From contig OZ287085.1 in assembly GCA_965645245.1 (NCBI GenBank), forward strand, positions 992,001-1,056,000: a DNA stretch of 64,000 nucleotides, written 5' to 3'. The DNA comes from Massalongia carnosa (Eukaryota). The position numbers were made by a program, and so were the translations under genes. The notes under the pieces are model-generated. The model was given only the letters and a program-made list of their open reading frames with translations, was not told where the DNA came from and ran no database searches. Below are positions 1 through 12,693 of this stretch, piece by piece (position 1 is the first letter of the stretch; every line of letters starts with the position of its first letter).

Positions 1-1456
1 GGACCTGAATGCCAGCGTGTCGACTACGGCGGCAGAGGACAGAATCGACAAACTCGGGCTCCGTGAGCTGGATCAGGGGAAGTTTGGTAGTGTCCAGTCG
101 TGGTGACGCGTTGCTGGGCAGCACCGCTTGGCGCGCCCGAAGACCGTCGACGTCAATGGCATGCATCAAAGCGGCGTCCATGGTCTTGCTCCTAGTCTGC
201 TCCTCGCCAACCACGACGATGGCTTGGTCTGCCTTGCTCAACATTTTCAAGTCCAGGAGGCTATCTCCGAACGCCCAAACATACATCTGGTGGGTATCTC
301 GCAAACGAGCGATCAAGGCGGCTTTCACATCAGCGGTAACGATGAAGCCGTCAGCGATGCGTCCCCCGCCGATAACTTTCACTGTCTCGGATAGACCTTC
401 CCTCTCCAGCACCTTGTCCCAAACACAACGCAGCCCACAGCTGACTATAATCGCTCCAACATGCCCCTGTTCTGCTATCAGCTGCAATAGGGACACGAAC
501 TCGGGATGCATGATCACCGTCGATGCCACGTCTTGACAGAGGGCATCAAACTCTTGATCGTCGGCTGTCTCCTCATACAGCAATGTGGCCTGACGAAAGG
601 CGGTGTACGAGTAGCCCAATGGGCTGCTGAACAACGCTTTCAGCGGACAATCAGCGTCCCTCAGCCGGCGAGAGCTCAAGACTTTCTTCCAGAACAACGC
701 GCCAGTGTCCTCCGCAGCCAATGTCCTGTCGGCGTCCAGAACCAGCACCGTCTCTAGCTGGCCTTGGCTAACAAGGGCCTCGTCCAGCCTGCTTTCGGCG
801 CGGAACAAGTTGTATTTCTCGGTATGATGCCAGAAATCGCGTAGCAGCGTCAAGACTCTATTTAGCAACGTCGGATGCGGGGATAAGACCGAGAACAATA
901 TGCCATGATGGGGGCAAAGACGACGTAACTGGGTCTTTTCGGCCTGTTGCCACGTGCGTAGATGGGTGACAGATGTGGACGGACGGCTTCTTTCCCTGTC
1001 ATCCAGACGACGTTGCACAACGATCTCAGCAGGAACGTCCAAGTAGAGTATGTGCGTAAACGTATCCAGGTCATTTAGAGTATACACTGGCCATCCAGCT
1101 TCCTCCTCCTCAGGCCAGAACATGAAATGTCCAGCAACAACAGCAACCTTTCCGCTATCAACACATTCTTTCCCAATAGTTTCGATAGCAAGCTGGCGCC
1201 AATGGACCTTCTCTCGCTCATCCAGTTTTTGGAATGCGTCGAGACCGCCAGGAACAACGGTGGCAATCATCTTGGAGCCTTCGTAGAATGTGAAATTCTC
1301 TTGTCCGAGTTCTTGCTTCAGTTGGTTCAACAAAAACGACTTACCGCAGCCTGGAACTCCGTATAAACCAACAACTACTGCTTCGTTATTGGAAGTAGAC
1401 CGACTTTCTAGAGCTGTCGATGGGAATAGTTGGGGATCCGCCGTTGAGCCCGACAT
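1..1456 (-). CDS. P-loop kinase-like + HAD phosphatase multidomain protein (resembles fungal nucleoside kinase/HAD/UPRTase fusions); 3' end outside window
   Basis: ATG at 1456 (MSGSTADPQ...). Walker A GLYGVPGCGKS, HAD motif I VLVLDADRTL and HAD motif IV-like WAFGDSLLD. The frame checked at both ends is the same and runs off position 1, which explains its absence from the ORF track. Confidence 0.75.
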   Translation of the reverse strand, partial: MSGSTADPQLFPSTALESRSTSNNEAVVVGLYGVPGCGKSFLLNQLKQELGQENFTFYEGSKMIATVVPGGLDAFQKLDEREKVHWRQLAIETIGKECVDSGKVAVVAGHFMFWPEEEEAGWPVYTLNDLDTFTHILYLDVPAEIVVQRRLDDRERSRPSTSVTHLRTWQQAEKTQLRRLCPHHGILFSVLSPHPTLLNRVLTLLRDFWHHTEKYNLFRAESRLDEALVSQGQLETVLVLDADRTLAAEDTGALFWKKVLSSRRLRDADCPLKALFSSPLGYSYTAFRQATLLYEETADDQEFDALCQDVASTVIMHPEFVSLLQLIAEQGHVGAIIVSCGLRCVWDKVLEREGLSETVKVIGGGRIADGFIVTADVKAALIARLRDTHQMYVWAFGDSLLDLKMLSKADQAIVVVGEEQTRSKTMDAALMHAIDVDGLRARQAVLPSNASPRLDTTKLPLIQLTEPEFVDSVLCRRSRHAGIQV

Positions 1457-3339
1457 GGTGCTTGATGCGTTCTCGCAGTTGATAAGTATCACAACAATTT
1501 CTCAAGTTCTCGGCAAAGGTGGATATGGAAAGCGTATAGACTCAGTCTAATGATTGATAAGATATTCACCACCAGACGCACCAGGCGTAAGGTGAGATGA
1601 AACGTCGGGGAAACCGGTTATATACACCAATTTCTGGCCGGCCTAATTAGACATCATCAAGTTTGTTATGTCAATCTCAATTTGACCCAAAAACCAAATT
1701 CCAGCGGCTATCCGAAAGACATACGGATGGCTTATGTATGTCGCCTATAGACCTTTGAAGAATTTACCACTCTAGTTGTTAGCGAAAGCATGCAATCCGC
1801 TCAAGATGATTTATAGCGCTAAAGAGCAGATGGTGTTGAGTCTATATGTGAATGGTTGGATATTCCCTAAACGCAAATGCAGGAACTTGTAGATCCGTGC
1901 GATAAATGGCTAAAGTAGAAGAGCCGTCGCCTAGGTGGCTACAAGAAAACTTTTCGACCCATTACTGTTCTAGTCTAAGGTGGCGCCGCTCCAAGACGTT
2001 TTCATGCAACAGCCTTGGGTGCAGTATGCATTGATAAGAGGTGTGGAAAGTCAGACAGCGTAATGGGTCTCTGAGAATCACTAGGTTCCTAATATTCAAC
2101 CGAGCGCTAAATCACGTAATTTGTGTCAGCAAGGACAACCAAGAAGTAGGAATAGAGCGTTTGTTGATGATGGATCCATACATTAAGGCAGCATCACAAG
2201 AATGAAATCCTTATGCTCACGCAAACAATCATATCGGTGAGGACGCTGAACTTTTGGAACGGCTAGGTTCCTCTGCAGCTCCATCCTGCAAGCAAGCTCG
2301 ATATACAGCGCTCCAAAGAACAGGGGACTCAAAGAAGCCGATTATTGCGGAACAAACGAGGTAACAAACAACTCTACAAGCGAACTCGATGTCCAGTGAA
2401 ATGCATCACAAACAATCACCTGCAAAGATTGGCGAGCCTTGCAGAAGAACGCTTACATAGTACTTATCTCTCTGCCAAGGCGAGATGCCGAAATCAACTT
2501 TCGTAAGACAGCACACGGCGATCAACATAGCCGAAAGATATCTGAAGCGGGTCAATGCATTTCGTAACCTCGAAGAATCCTAACCGCTCGTGCAATATAC
2601 TTTCGTACTAGATCGCTGTCAAGATATCCTCTGGAATCTTCCACATAGATATGAGTTGATCACGCAGTCCATGTTCATTGTATGTATTCCTGATAAGTGT
2701 CGATCAACATAATCGCAGTAAGCAAGGTCATTTGTGATGATGACTACATGAGAGAATGGAGTCGAGATACAGCTTCCACCGATAGAATAACCATATAGAA
2801 ACACCGATGGCAAGGAAGACTGAAGTCAACGCAGATCATAAAGATCAACACTGCACAAGAAAATTAATGAAGAGAAGGAGAAAGTTCATCGCGACATTGT
2901 GATCAATGGGGGTTCAAAGCAACTAACGCGAGAGGTTGAGTACCAGCAAATCGAAATTGAAAAAACCTCGCATAATCACTTCTTGAGGTTCGTCATGCTT
3001 CAACACAACTTCGACACACTTAGGTTCAATGCTGACGATAAGACGAGAAGGTTGCCGTGCATTGCGTTGTTTCGACGATTTCTTTGCGGTAAACCAATTC
3101 ATGCCAAAACGATGACAACTAGTCAGAGTTATGTGCTCCTCTCGGTAAGAAATGCCTATCATCTCATTTGGTTATCAAGCCCTTCCCCAAGATCAGTAAT
3201 ATGAGACTGCCAAGAATCAAGCAACCTCAACTAGACAGGTCTGGCGGACGCGGTACGGGACACACGGGAACGCACCAACTCTCTGCAACAAAACAGTTCT
3301 TCGAGGGCACGGCCGGTTTACTTTATTCGTCAAGATAAG

Positions 3340-3900
3340 TCATACGAGCTGCAGCTTCACACAACTCACAAATAATATTTCTGCATGTGATACCAGGCTA
3401 GACACATGAGGTCTACCTACACTTCCTCGTCTGTTTTCCAGGAGCAGCCGGTTGAAGTCTCCGTCCAATCCGTACAGAATTCGCTGGCGACAGACTTCGA
3501 ACAAGCGTGGAAAAAATCCAGCCGCTTCCCAATCAACGAAGCAAATCGAACCATCCTCGAGCCAGAGAATATTTCGAGGGGCAACATTCAGGTGACAGAG
3601 GACTAAATCGAAGTTCTTCATGCCTAATCTCCTCTCACCACGTAATCTGCGAGTGAAGAATTTCTCGAGATCCTGCACGTGGCAAAGGAAACTTCTTCAT
3701 TATCGGGCCGAAGCAGAGGCCATGTCTTAGACCGCCATCGAGCGAAGCCCGGAATACTTAACGATTTCCCGAACCGATAGTTACATAATCGATCTCGGGC
3801 GGATGGCCGAGCTTGCTGTGTTTCATTACTCTACATCCGCTGCACCAAGGGCTTTGCCAATGGTTCAAGGACAATTTGTTTAACCGTTGATGACTGCTTC
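3340..3900 (-). pseudogene. Aminoglycoside-phosphotransferase/choline-kinase-like fragment
   Basis: LVLCHLNVAPRNIL...ICFVDWEAAGFFP resembles the APH Brenner (HxDxxxxN) and DWE motifs, with the catalytic D replaced by N. The upstream part is broken. Confidence 0.55.
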
Positions 3901-5559
3901 TTCTCTACCGTTCGTCCTATCCCAAATCAAGAAAATAGCCAAACTTTTACTGGGTACCTTTCCTGTTCTTGAGCTAAACGGGGAATACAAGACCCGGGCT
4001 ACTCGATGATACATAAAAAGCCCGACAGGCCGAAACTGCAATCCGAGCAGTCTGCCTAGAGCGGCGTATTCGCACATGTGCACTTTGATTGATTTTCTGC
4101 TTTTCATCGCTCGATAAAGTTTAGTGAAGATGCTCAATCTGTTCTTGATATTTCATGAGGTTATAGCAACACAGCTGAAGTCTTAGCAAGAGAACTTCAA
4201 ATATTGATCGAGGTAGTTGACACAGGACGAACGAAGTGCCCTGTTATGTCATTATTTCCCCCCAAATCCCTCTTCTTATCACATCATGCTTTGACGTTAA
4301 CCACCTCTCACCTATGCTTGAGGGAGTTGATACATACGAATCAAAATACAGGATATTATTTGCGCGTTGGTAGTTGTTTATAAAAGCTGCGGTGAGTCGG
4401 TTTCTTCTCTTCTGTAGCTTTCTGCTGCTCAGGCATCTTCTACATAAGAATCTCCGATCAAGAATGTTGCGAGGATGATTAAACATGAGATGAGGATAGG
4501 GCTATTTACTGTCAGCGTTATCACTGCGCATACGGACTTTCAGAGTCTCTCCTTTCACGTTATGTTCTAGAATAGGAATAAAAAGATATGACCGATTCGT
4601 GTTCCTTCCTTAACGAGCAGCATGCTAGTACTAGTATCGACTACTTAATCAAAGCGATCTTACCGCCTTAATTAACGGTGATGTTGCTAGTTACTTGAAA
4701 CTAATCATTATTGACAGTGTAGTCGTATATCTTCCAATCTTTCGTGTGTTTACCGCTCAGTTTTACACCCATCAATCAAGTCGCATCATCTCTCATAAAC
4801 AACTTTCACAATCGACAAGCACGTTGCAGTTGATAACACTGATGCAATCGAGCAGTTGAACCGAACATCAGACATCGAAAAATCCTCTAAAACTGCATAT
4901 CTAACCTCTCCAACTACTCCACCTCCGATCATGTAGAACCGCGTATCATGGCCCTTATTCATCTTTTACTATTTATTTCCGCTACCGCTAATCTATCGCC
5001 GACAAATTTACGATCCATACGTCTATTCCCGGGCCTAGCTAGTCATACTATCCACTGAACTGATGAAATCTATCTCATGCTTCATCTTCCGAAACCATTG
5101 CGCTAGTCCAGCTATATTTACACCTTAAACTGCCCAGTCCGAAGCGTGACAGATTTTCAAAAAAGCTTCCGTTTCAACTTTCGAGTTCTCCGCCGCTTTC
5201 AAAATGTGTACGTTTATCTTCATCTCTACACTTAGTAACACTCAGCCCAATTATGAGCAAGCAATAGATATCTTATTTCTAGAGGAATCGACAACGAAAA
5301 TAGCCGGTTCGTCTCCGCATAGAGGACATCATTGATCGGTTCGTCAACATCGTCAATATCATTATTATCTGTCTTCGTTGTCTCGGGTGCAGAACCTTCC
5401 TAATTACAATATCACACATGAACACAACATGAAAAAGACATTCGCGAAATGCCGGGCACAAAAAGCCTATGCGGCCTATATAGATTATTCAAAATCGTCG
5501 TCTCAATATCGGTTATCATGTCTTCATATTCACTGTCCTCATCCATCACCGCTTTCGGT

Positions 5560-6150
5560 TTTGTGAGGTTTAGTAGAAGCATCAAATACCCGACTGAGAC
5601 TAAAGACCGACTTTGATTCGACCTCTTTTTCAAACGAAGGAGCGATAAGATAGGAACGACGCACAAGTGAGAAGACGTCCGCGTAATGAGTGAGCACGAG
5701 CAACTCGCTTCATTCATGGGCTTTTCCCTCCACGGAGCGATCATGAAGCTATTAATGTTCAATCGATCGGATTCTTACAGCTCAGGGGAATTTGATATCT
5801 ACGAGAAACTCAAGTAATTTATTCGAGCATCTGTAGATACGTCATGATGAACGACGAAGAGCTAGGCTTGAACTCGTTCGTGAAGCGGAATGAGAGAGAT
5901 CTAATTATAATCATGACGGAAGATGCGACTAAAAAGAAAAGGAGGTTTCGGCTGAAGCGAGATCCACTGATTGTGCAACTAGGTATAGTTTTTCGGGGAA
6001 CAACCTATCATCGCACCGTGAATCTAAAAGATGTAGTCAAGTTCTCATAAACATGATCAAGGGTCACCGAAGGCAGATTCCCCGAGATTGACACATGAGA
6101 AGAATGTCAAAGGCTTGGCAAAACTACTAAGCTATCAATGCATAGCTTTC
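5560..6150 (+). pseudogene. FunK1 (Pkinase_fungal) protein kinase remnant
   Basis: Degenerate K*EDVRV, FSLHGAIM...FNRS.SYSSGEFDI, MMNDEELGLNSFV and IVFRGTTY...VVKFS*. Stops fall at conserved Trp positions. Confidence 0.65.
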
Positions 6151-7801
6151 GTCAAGAAGATGCGCATTGAATTGACCTTTCTTACTACTCATCGATTTCG
6201 AAACACCTCGTCAAACGTCTCGACACCTTTCTCGCAATCTGACTCCCAGCAGCCACTTTCTTAGTCTTCCGAGCCATTCCAACATTCAAGCATTGTAAAG
6301 ACATCCTCCGAGATCTCTTTGAAGAAACCGAGCTCTCCAGATGACGAAGCAAAGTCTTCACAAAGGGCAAAGATCCCGCAGTCGAAGATCAAGGCTACAG
6401 CGAGTCGAAGGTCTGTGAAACACGAAGGAAAGCTATTTGAGGAAACCGCGTTCTTGAGTCAAAAGTCGAAGTCACGCAAGGAGCACGAAGGGTCGCAAGT
6501 CTCGGGAAATGCCGGTGCAAGAGAACGGAAGTCTGAGGAAAGCGAAAAAGGTCAAGGAAAGAATAGAAACCCAAAGTGACTCATAGGTCATACTATAAGA
6601 AAATGGTTTACGATTGCTTTCGCAAGCGAAGGTTCAATCCTCGACGACCAAACATGACGAAAATAAATCAATCATCTCGATGCTTCAACCCTCTTCAGCC
6701 TTTATTCTTTCTTGTCTGGCGCGCTGTTCTCAATCCTATTCGATTCGATTCAAGAACTCGCGTATGTCTGTCTGTCTCTTGGCGTCGGGGTCTTGTGGAT
6801 GATTATCTCTTCTTCTCGTGACTTGTTTCAAGCTTACGTGTGCCTCTTGAAGCTAGATGTGAAACTTCGCTGCCTTCTTTCCATTATGACCACTCACCTA
6901 TGTATGCTCCTTAATGTTGACTCCAACTGCGCTTATCCAACTTACTCCGGTTCATGAACACGTATGTATGACTCTGAACGCTAGACTTCAGGCTTTCCTC
7001 CTGCTTCATTCAGTCCCTCATTTCATTCCTTCTCAACTTCTATCGTTTGACTTCTTGACGCTCAACCTCCTCAACCTTGATGTTCCTATTCCTGTTTCAT
7101 TCGATTCTTCATCTCTTCTTCTCCCCGGTTCCAACTTGCGACAGGATCACTGTTGTAGAAATGACACACAGGCAAGCAAGCAAGCAGACAGACAGGCAGA
7201 ATATAGATAGATTCAAGATCACAGTTCCCTCTGCGACTATCAGAAACAGCCACGGATCTCGATATCAAGAGCATGGTCAAGAAGTTGAGTGTGTGAAAAC
7301 GCCTGCTGTTCGAAAAAGGCGAAATAGGTGGTAAATGCTGCATGTCGAATTATCGACAGGGATGGGAAGTTGAGAAGGCAGAAGAAGTGACTGAAGAGCG
7401 TAGATCTAATGCCGCATTAACAGGACAAGCACAGTGCAACGGGGAGAATAGAATGAGAAGAAATCCCCCTTTTCATCGATGTGGAAGTAGGTATGGCGAA
7501 CTCGATACTAGAAGTAGCGACTGTGACTGTGACGTGTGTCTAGGTCGCGTTGAGATGTCGAATGTTGAGATATTAAAATGTTGAAATGTTGAGATAATTG
7601 GAGTCTTCGCCTAGTGTGTCCGTCACACATTGTTTGTTGTTCTGATTTTCGGCGTCGGTCATTATGTTTTTCCTCTTTTCACACTTCACAGATCGGCGAT
7701 AAGAGATCTCGCGGACATAACGTATGTATAAATGAATTTCACTGTAATTGCATCCTGCTTTCTCACACTCAACGACTTTCTCATCAATCTCCGACTTCAT
7801 C

Positions 7802-8665
7802 ATGTCGGCTCTCACAGGTGAGGATAATGCTGAAACGAACGATAGGTCAACCCCTATCACCGCCGAGGAATTCCTTCATCGAATTGTTCTGAGGGAGAAC
7901 GGTCAACTAAAGCACAAGGATTCGACCTTTCGTCTTCATGTGCGAGAATATACTCGTGCATGGAGCATTCTCGGAGATCAGCGACATCCATTGCACGGAT
8001 ACGCATTTGATAAGCTTCGGTGAATTGCGCTCTGATGTTTCCGATATTCTTGAATACTGCTAACGATATGTAGCTACGATTACGACTCCGTGACGCAGCA
8101 ACTACAAATCATGTCGACCAGTTTAGAACATGAGTCCTTTGTTGCCAAGATTGTGGCCATCATCAACGAGCGATTACAATCATCGGCTTCGTCGGAGCTG
8201 CAGAAGATGTTCACATCAAAGATCGAAGTCTTGAATAGCGCACCGTTCCATTATACCGAATCAAAGGACCCTTGCTATCAATCAGAAGAGCCTTCAATAT
8301 CATTCAATTCTCCTCTCTCCTGGAATCTACGCTCGCCAAGTCTCCGCTTCTTCAATGACGAAAACTCACCCCATACAAGTTCTTTTCCTACTCACGATGT
8401 CGACGACATTTCCAATACAAGCTCTTTCTCCTCGGAGGCTAGTGATGTAGTAAGGCATCTCCAACCGGATTCTCAATGGCGGTTTGAGGGAGCAAAATTA
8501 TCAAGTATTGTGCTTGAAGTGGCCAAGAGTCAGTCATATGACAGCTTAGAAACGAAAGCGAAGCAATTTATCTCCGATTCAAATGGGGAATATCCACGGT
8601 CGTTGGCTTTATGCTCAATTCAGAAGGTCGCGGAGACGAAAGGTTACATAAAGATTGTTCTGTGA
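7802..8665 (+). pseudogene. Fungal hypothetical protein with PD-(D/E)xK/Uma2-like motif, 3' end disrupted
   Basis: Probable intron at about 8020-8072 (GTGAAT...CTAAC...TAG). Motif QPDSQWRF...IVLEVAKSQSYDSLETKAKQFISDSNG, followed by an apparent frameshift and then Copia sequence. Confidence 0.4.
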
Positions 8666-8758
8666 TGATCGTGTGGATTGCTGTTCGTAAGACGAACAAG
8701 TCCTACGTCGCAAAACGCGCTTGCGAGGAGGTGAGTTTGTCGAAATGGTCAAAATACG

Positions 8759-11700
8759 GTGACCAACCCAAGCAAGTCCAGCGATAAGGCCGTAATCGCA
8801 ATGGCAGATGTTTCAAACGCTCAAACCCAAGCAGGAGCTCAACCCGGAACAGCCCATTCTCGAATCATCACCAAGACCATCAAGTACTGCAACCACTGCC
8901 GAAAAGACTATCACGTAGAGAGCGAGTGTCGTGAAAAATATCCACACCTCGTTAACCAAGAATCACAGCGTAAGTCCAATAAGCGTCGTAGGAATTCCAA
9001 AAGTCAAGGTCAAAGTCAAAAGCCAACCGGAAACAATGACTCAACCAAAGGAGCCTTCTGCGCCTACATGGCCACCGCGGATATAACCAAAATATCTAAG
9101 CTCTGGATCTGTGACTCTGGAACTAGCCAACACCAACATATTACCCATGATCGCTCCATCTTCACCTCATTCAAGACATCCGATTGCCCTCCAATTCAAG
9201 GTATTGGAGGAGTATTAATTCCAAAAGGAATAGGTAACGTCATGTTGCGGTGTGCCGGTAACGAGGGTCTTCGGGAGTTCCCTCTTTTCGATGTGTTATA
9301 CGTTCCGGACGGAGGCCTAAATCTCATCTCCCAAGGACAATTACAACGAGATGGATATACCCTGAAGATTGTACCAGAGGGAATTGAAATCGGGAACTAT
9401 GGTATCATCGCTCGCCGCCAGGACAACAATCTGTATATCCTGAATATGTGGAACGTCTCTGAAGCCGCTCTCGCTCTCGCTGCAATTAATAGCGAGGCGA
9501 TAAAAATGTGGCACGCTCGTTTAGGCCATCTTGGAAATCAAAACATTCTCAAGCTCGCTGGAATTTCAAAAGGAATGGACCTCACCAAGCCCCCGCCCCA
9601 AGACGCCTGTCCTCCGTGCGCCATCGCTCAGTCCCAAGTAGAACCACACCGGGCCCCCATCCAACCATGCAAGCACCCGCTGGACTTAATTCACAGCGAT
9701 GTCCAAGGACCTTTTCCAGAAGCCTTGAATGGCGCCAAATATATGGTGACCTTTCTTTGCGATTTCGATAAACGGTCCCACGTCACCTTACTGCGCGTCA
9801 AAAGCGGAGTCCTTCAAGCCTTTAAAAACGACAAGAAGCAAAATGAATATGGGGACAAACGAATTAAACGCTTGCGATCGGACTGTGGGGGTGAGTATGA
9901 CTCCAAAGATTTCGAGAATTTCAGAAACGAGCATGGCATTCAGTGGGAACCTACCGTACCGGGAAATACACCCATGAACGGGGCAGCCGAGCGCCTAGGT
10001 CAAACGCTTCACAAGTTAGCCAGCACCATGCGAGAAGGCGCTAAACTCAACATCAAATATTGGGCTGAAATGGTTCTCACTGCCAACTACCTAAGAAATC
10101 GACAACCAACTGCGGGACGCTCCATCACCCCCTACGAGTCTCACACCGGCAGCCTACTAGAACTAGGACATCTAAGGATAATAGGACAGACTGGCTATGC
10201 GCAAAATCGCAAGCCCTCCACCGGATGGAAGAAATTTCAGGAACGAGCCACCAAATGTACTTTAGTAGGATACGAAGGCGATCACATCTATCGAATGATA
10301 AATCCACGGGGCGCGGTCATGCGTTATTCCAATGTTCAGTGGATAGATAACAACCCCCCAACTCCTCCTTCCTTATCATTCTCTCAAACTAAAAGAGCCC
10401 TACATGTTGGACAGTCAGGACCGCCCACAAGAAAGCAAAAAATTACCCATCATACGGACTCCCCTCATACGGACTTAGTCGACGCTCATGAATCCATAGA
10501 ATCAATTCCCACTGGACCTCTCCCATCAAACGCTGGACAAGAGGCATTGGCAAACAAACTGCCCATTGAGTCTCGGTCCCAGGCAGATATTCTCTCTAAG
10601 CACCCAAAACTTCATGCCCCCTCGCCTGACCCGCTAGCTCTTTTGGCTCTTCTTGCTCGAGCCAATGACCCGGAGCCATATGAGCCTAAAACCTATAAAC
10701 AGGCCGTAGATAGTCGGGAGGAAAAGGATTGGCGAAGGGCAATGCAGGAAGAAATTGACTCTATCAACGAAAATGATACCTGGATCCTCACCTCCCTGCC
10801 CCCGGACCGCAAAGCCCTGCGAGGCAAATGGGTTTATAAAATCAAACGAGGCCCGGCTGGCGAGATTCTTCGTTACAAGGCTCGATGGGTAGTCAGAGGC
10901 TTTGAGCAACGTGAAGGCATTGACTACAATGAGACTTTTGCTTCAGTAGTGAAGCCAATGAGCTATAAAGCCATCTTCGCTATCGCTGCAGCCAATGATT
11001 GGGAAATTCACCAAATGGACATAAAAACAGCCTTCTTGTACGGAAGGGTGGACGAGGAAATCTACGTGGAGCAACCAACCGGTCTGGATGACGGGTCAAC
11101 GAGAGTTTGCAAGTTGAAGAAAGCTCTTTATAGCCTGAAACAGTCGTCTAGAATCTGGTATGAAACGATCACTACTTTTTTCAAGTCTCATGAATTCATT
11201 CCAGTCAACGCCGACCTTAGCGTTTTCGTTAAAGAAGGGGTTATCGTAGCCATTTACGTCGATGATTTAATCATCACTGGCTCTTCTTCTTCCTAGATAC
11301 AACGTGTCAAGAAACTGCTGAGCGACGAGTTCTCGATGGTTGATTTAGGCCCTATCAACTACTACCTGGGCATGACGATAACTCGGGATCGGGCTAATAG
11401 GATTCTTCGCCTTGGTCAGCAGGCCTATCTGGAAAAAGTACTACGTGACCATGGCATGTGGGACACTAACCCCGTGGCTACCCCGATGGATGGGCGACTG
11501 GAGGCTGCACCAGAGGGCCATCAGGCCACAGATGACTCTCGCCTCCGCTACCAATCAGCGGTGGGCTCTCTCATGTATGCTATGCTAGGCACTAGGCCTG
11601 ACTTAGCCTACGCCGTATCGGTGGTCAGCCGCTATGCCTCGAACCCGACCGATACGCACTGGAAGGCAGTCAAACGTATCTTTCGATACATCAAGGGCAC

Positions 11701-12693
11701 TCTACCGTTGCAGTTAACATACAAAGGTCACTTACAACCCTTGAACGGTTACACTGACGCGGATTGGGCCGGAGATCATCATACCCGATGGTCTACCTCT
11801 GGCTTCGTGTTTAATGTGGGTAGTGGCGCTATTAGCTGGTCTTCCAAACGACAACCGACCGTAGCCCTATCTTCATGCGAAGCCGAGTACATGGGTCAGA
11901 CTCAAGCCACCAAGGAAAGCCGTCTGGCTGTCTAGTCTTCTCGACCAACTTTCAGCACCTCAAGTCCCTGGGAATCACTCTCTCCAAACCCAGTGCACCT
12001 CTGTAGCCCTTGCCTGCTTGCCTACATCTTTCGCCCTAAATGCTATCATCATTCACTGCGACAATCAAGGAGCAATGGCTTTGGCCAAAAATCCCCAGGA
12101 ACACGCGCGGAGCAAGCATATTGACATCCAATGGCACTACCACAGAGAGAAGATCGAAGACAAATCAGTGGAATTTCGCTATGTTCCTACCGAAGAACAG
12201 GTAGCTGACGGCCTAACCAAGGCCCTACCAAAGGACAAATTTGTTGTCTTTCGAAAAGCTTTAGGCTTAGAGTAAACCAGAAGCCCTTTGTCGTAAAAAT
12301 TTCGACCTTAACTCAAAAAAAAAAAATTAAAGTATCACCCACAGCTGAGCTTGTGGGGGTATTTTCGTACATCGCCAGCAGCATTAGCCTGCGGAGTACA
12401 CTGACTCACCTGCAGGTGATCCACTGGGAAGCATGATATTATACTGGAGTATGTGGGAGTTATTGAATTTCTCTTTATCATGTGGGAGTGCTATTTCAGT
12501 GCCTAAGTGGGAGTGTTAGAATGTACAAATCAGCTACTTCATTTCAGCCGCACGAGTATGGCGCACGCTAATGGCTAGACGTATCGCTAGTCTAATACTA
12601 GCATACCGTACATTGTCTATAAATCTAGCTATTCCCACTATATAGAACAATAGCAAGCGTTCTATCCTCTATCTACTATACTAACTTTTGACA
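8759..12693 (+). mobile_element. Ty1/Copia LTR retrotransposon (Copia-1), 5'-truncated, defective
   Basis: Zn knuckle CNHCRKDYHVESEC, protease WICDSG, GAG-pre-integrase WHARLGH, integrase core, RT YVDD and RNase H DADWAG in Copia order. In-frame TAG at 11294 and a frameshift near 11915. Confidence 0.92.
12514..12693 (+). repeat. 3' LTR of Copia-1
   Basis: Polypurine tract AAGTGGGAG followed by TGTTAG...TTGACA. No second copy in the window. Confidence 0.65.

Noticed and set aside
9..757. Plus-strand ORFs at the window start
   Set aside because: Antisense shadows of the minus-strand kinase-HAD gene.
6185..7700. Cluster of short ORFs on both strands
   Set aside because: No recognisable motifs or element boundaries. 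Probably decayed repeat or intergenic DNA.
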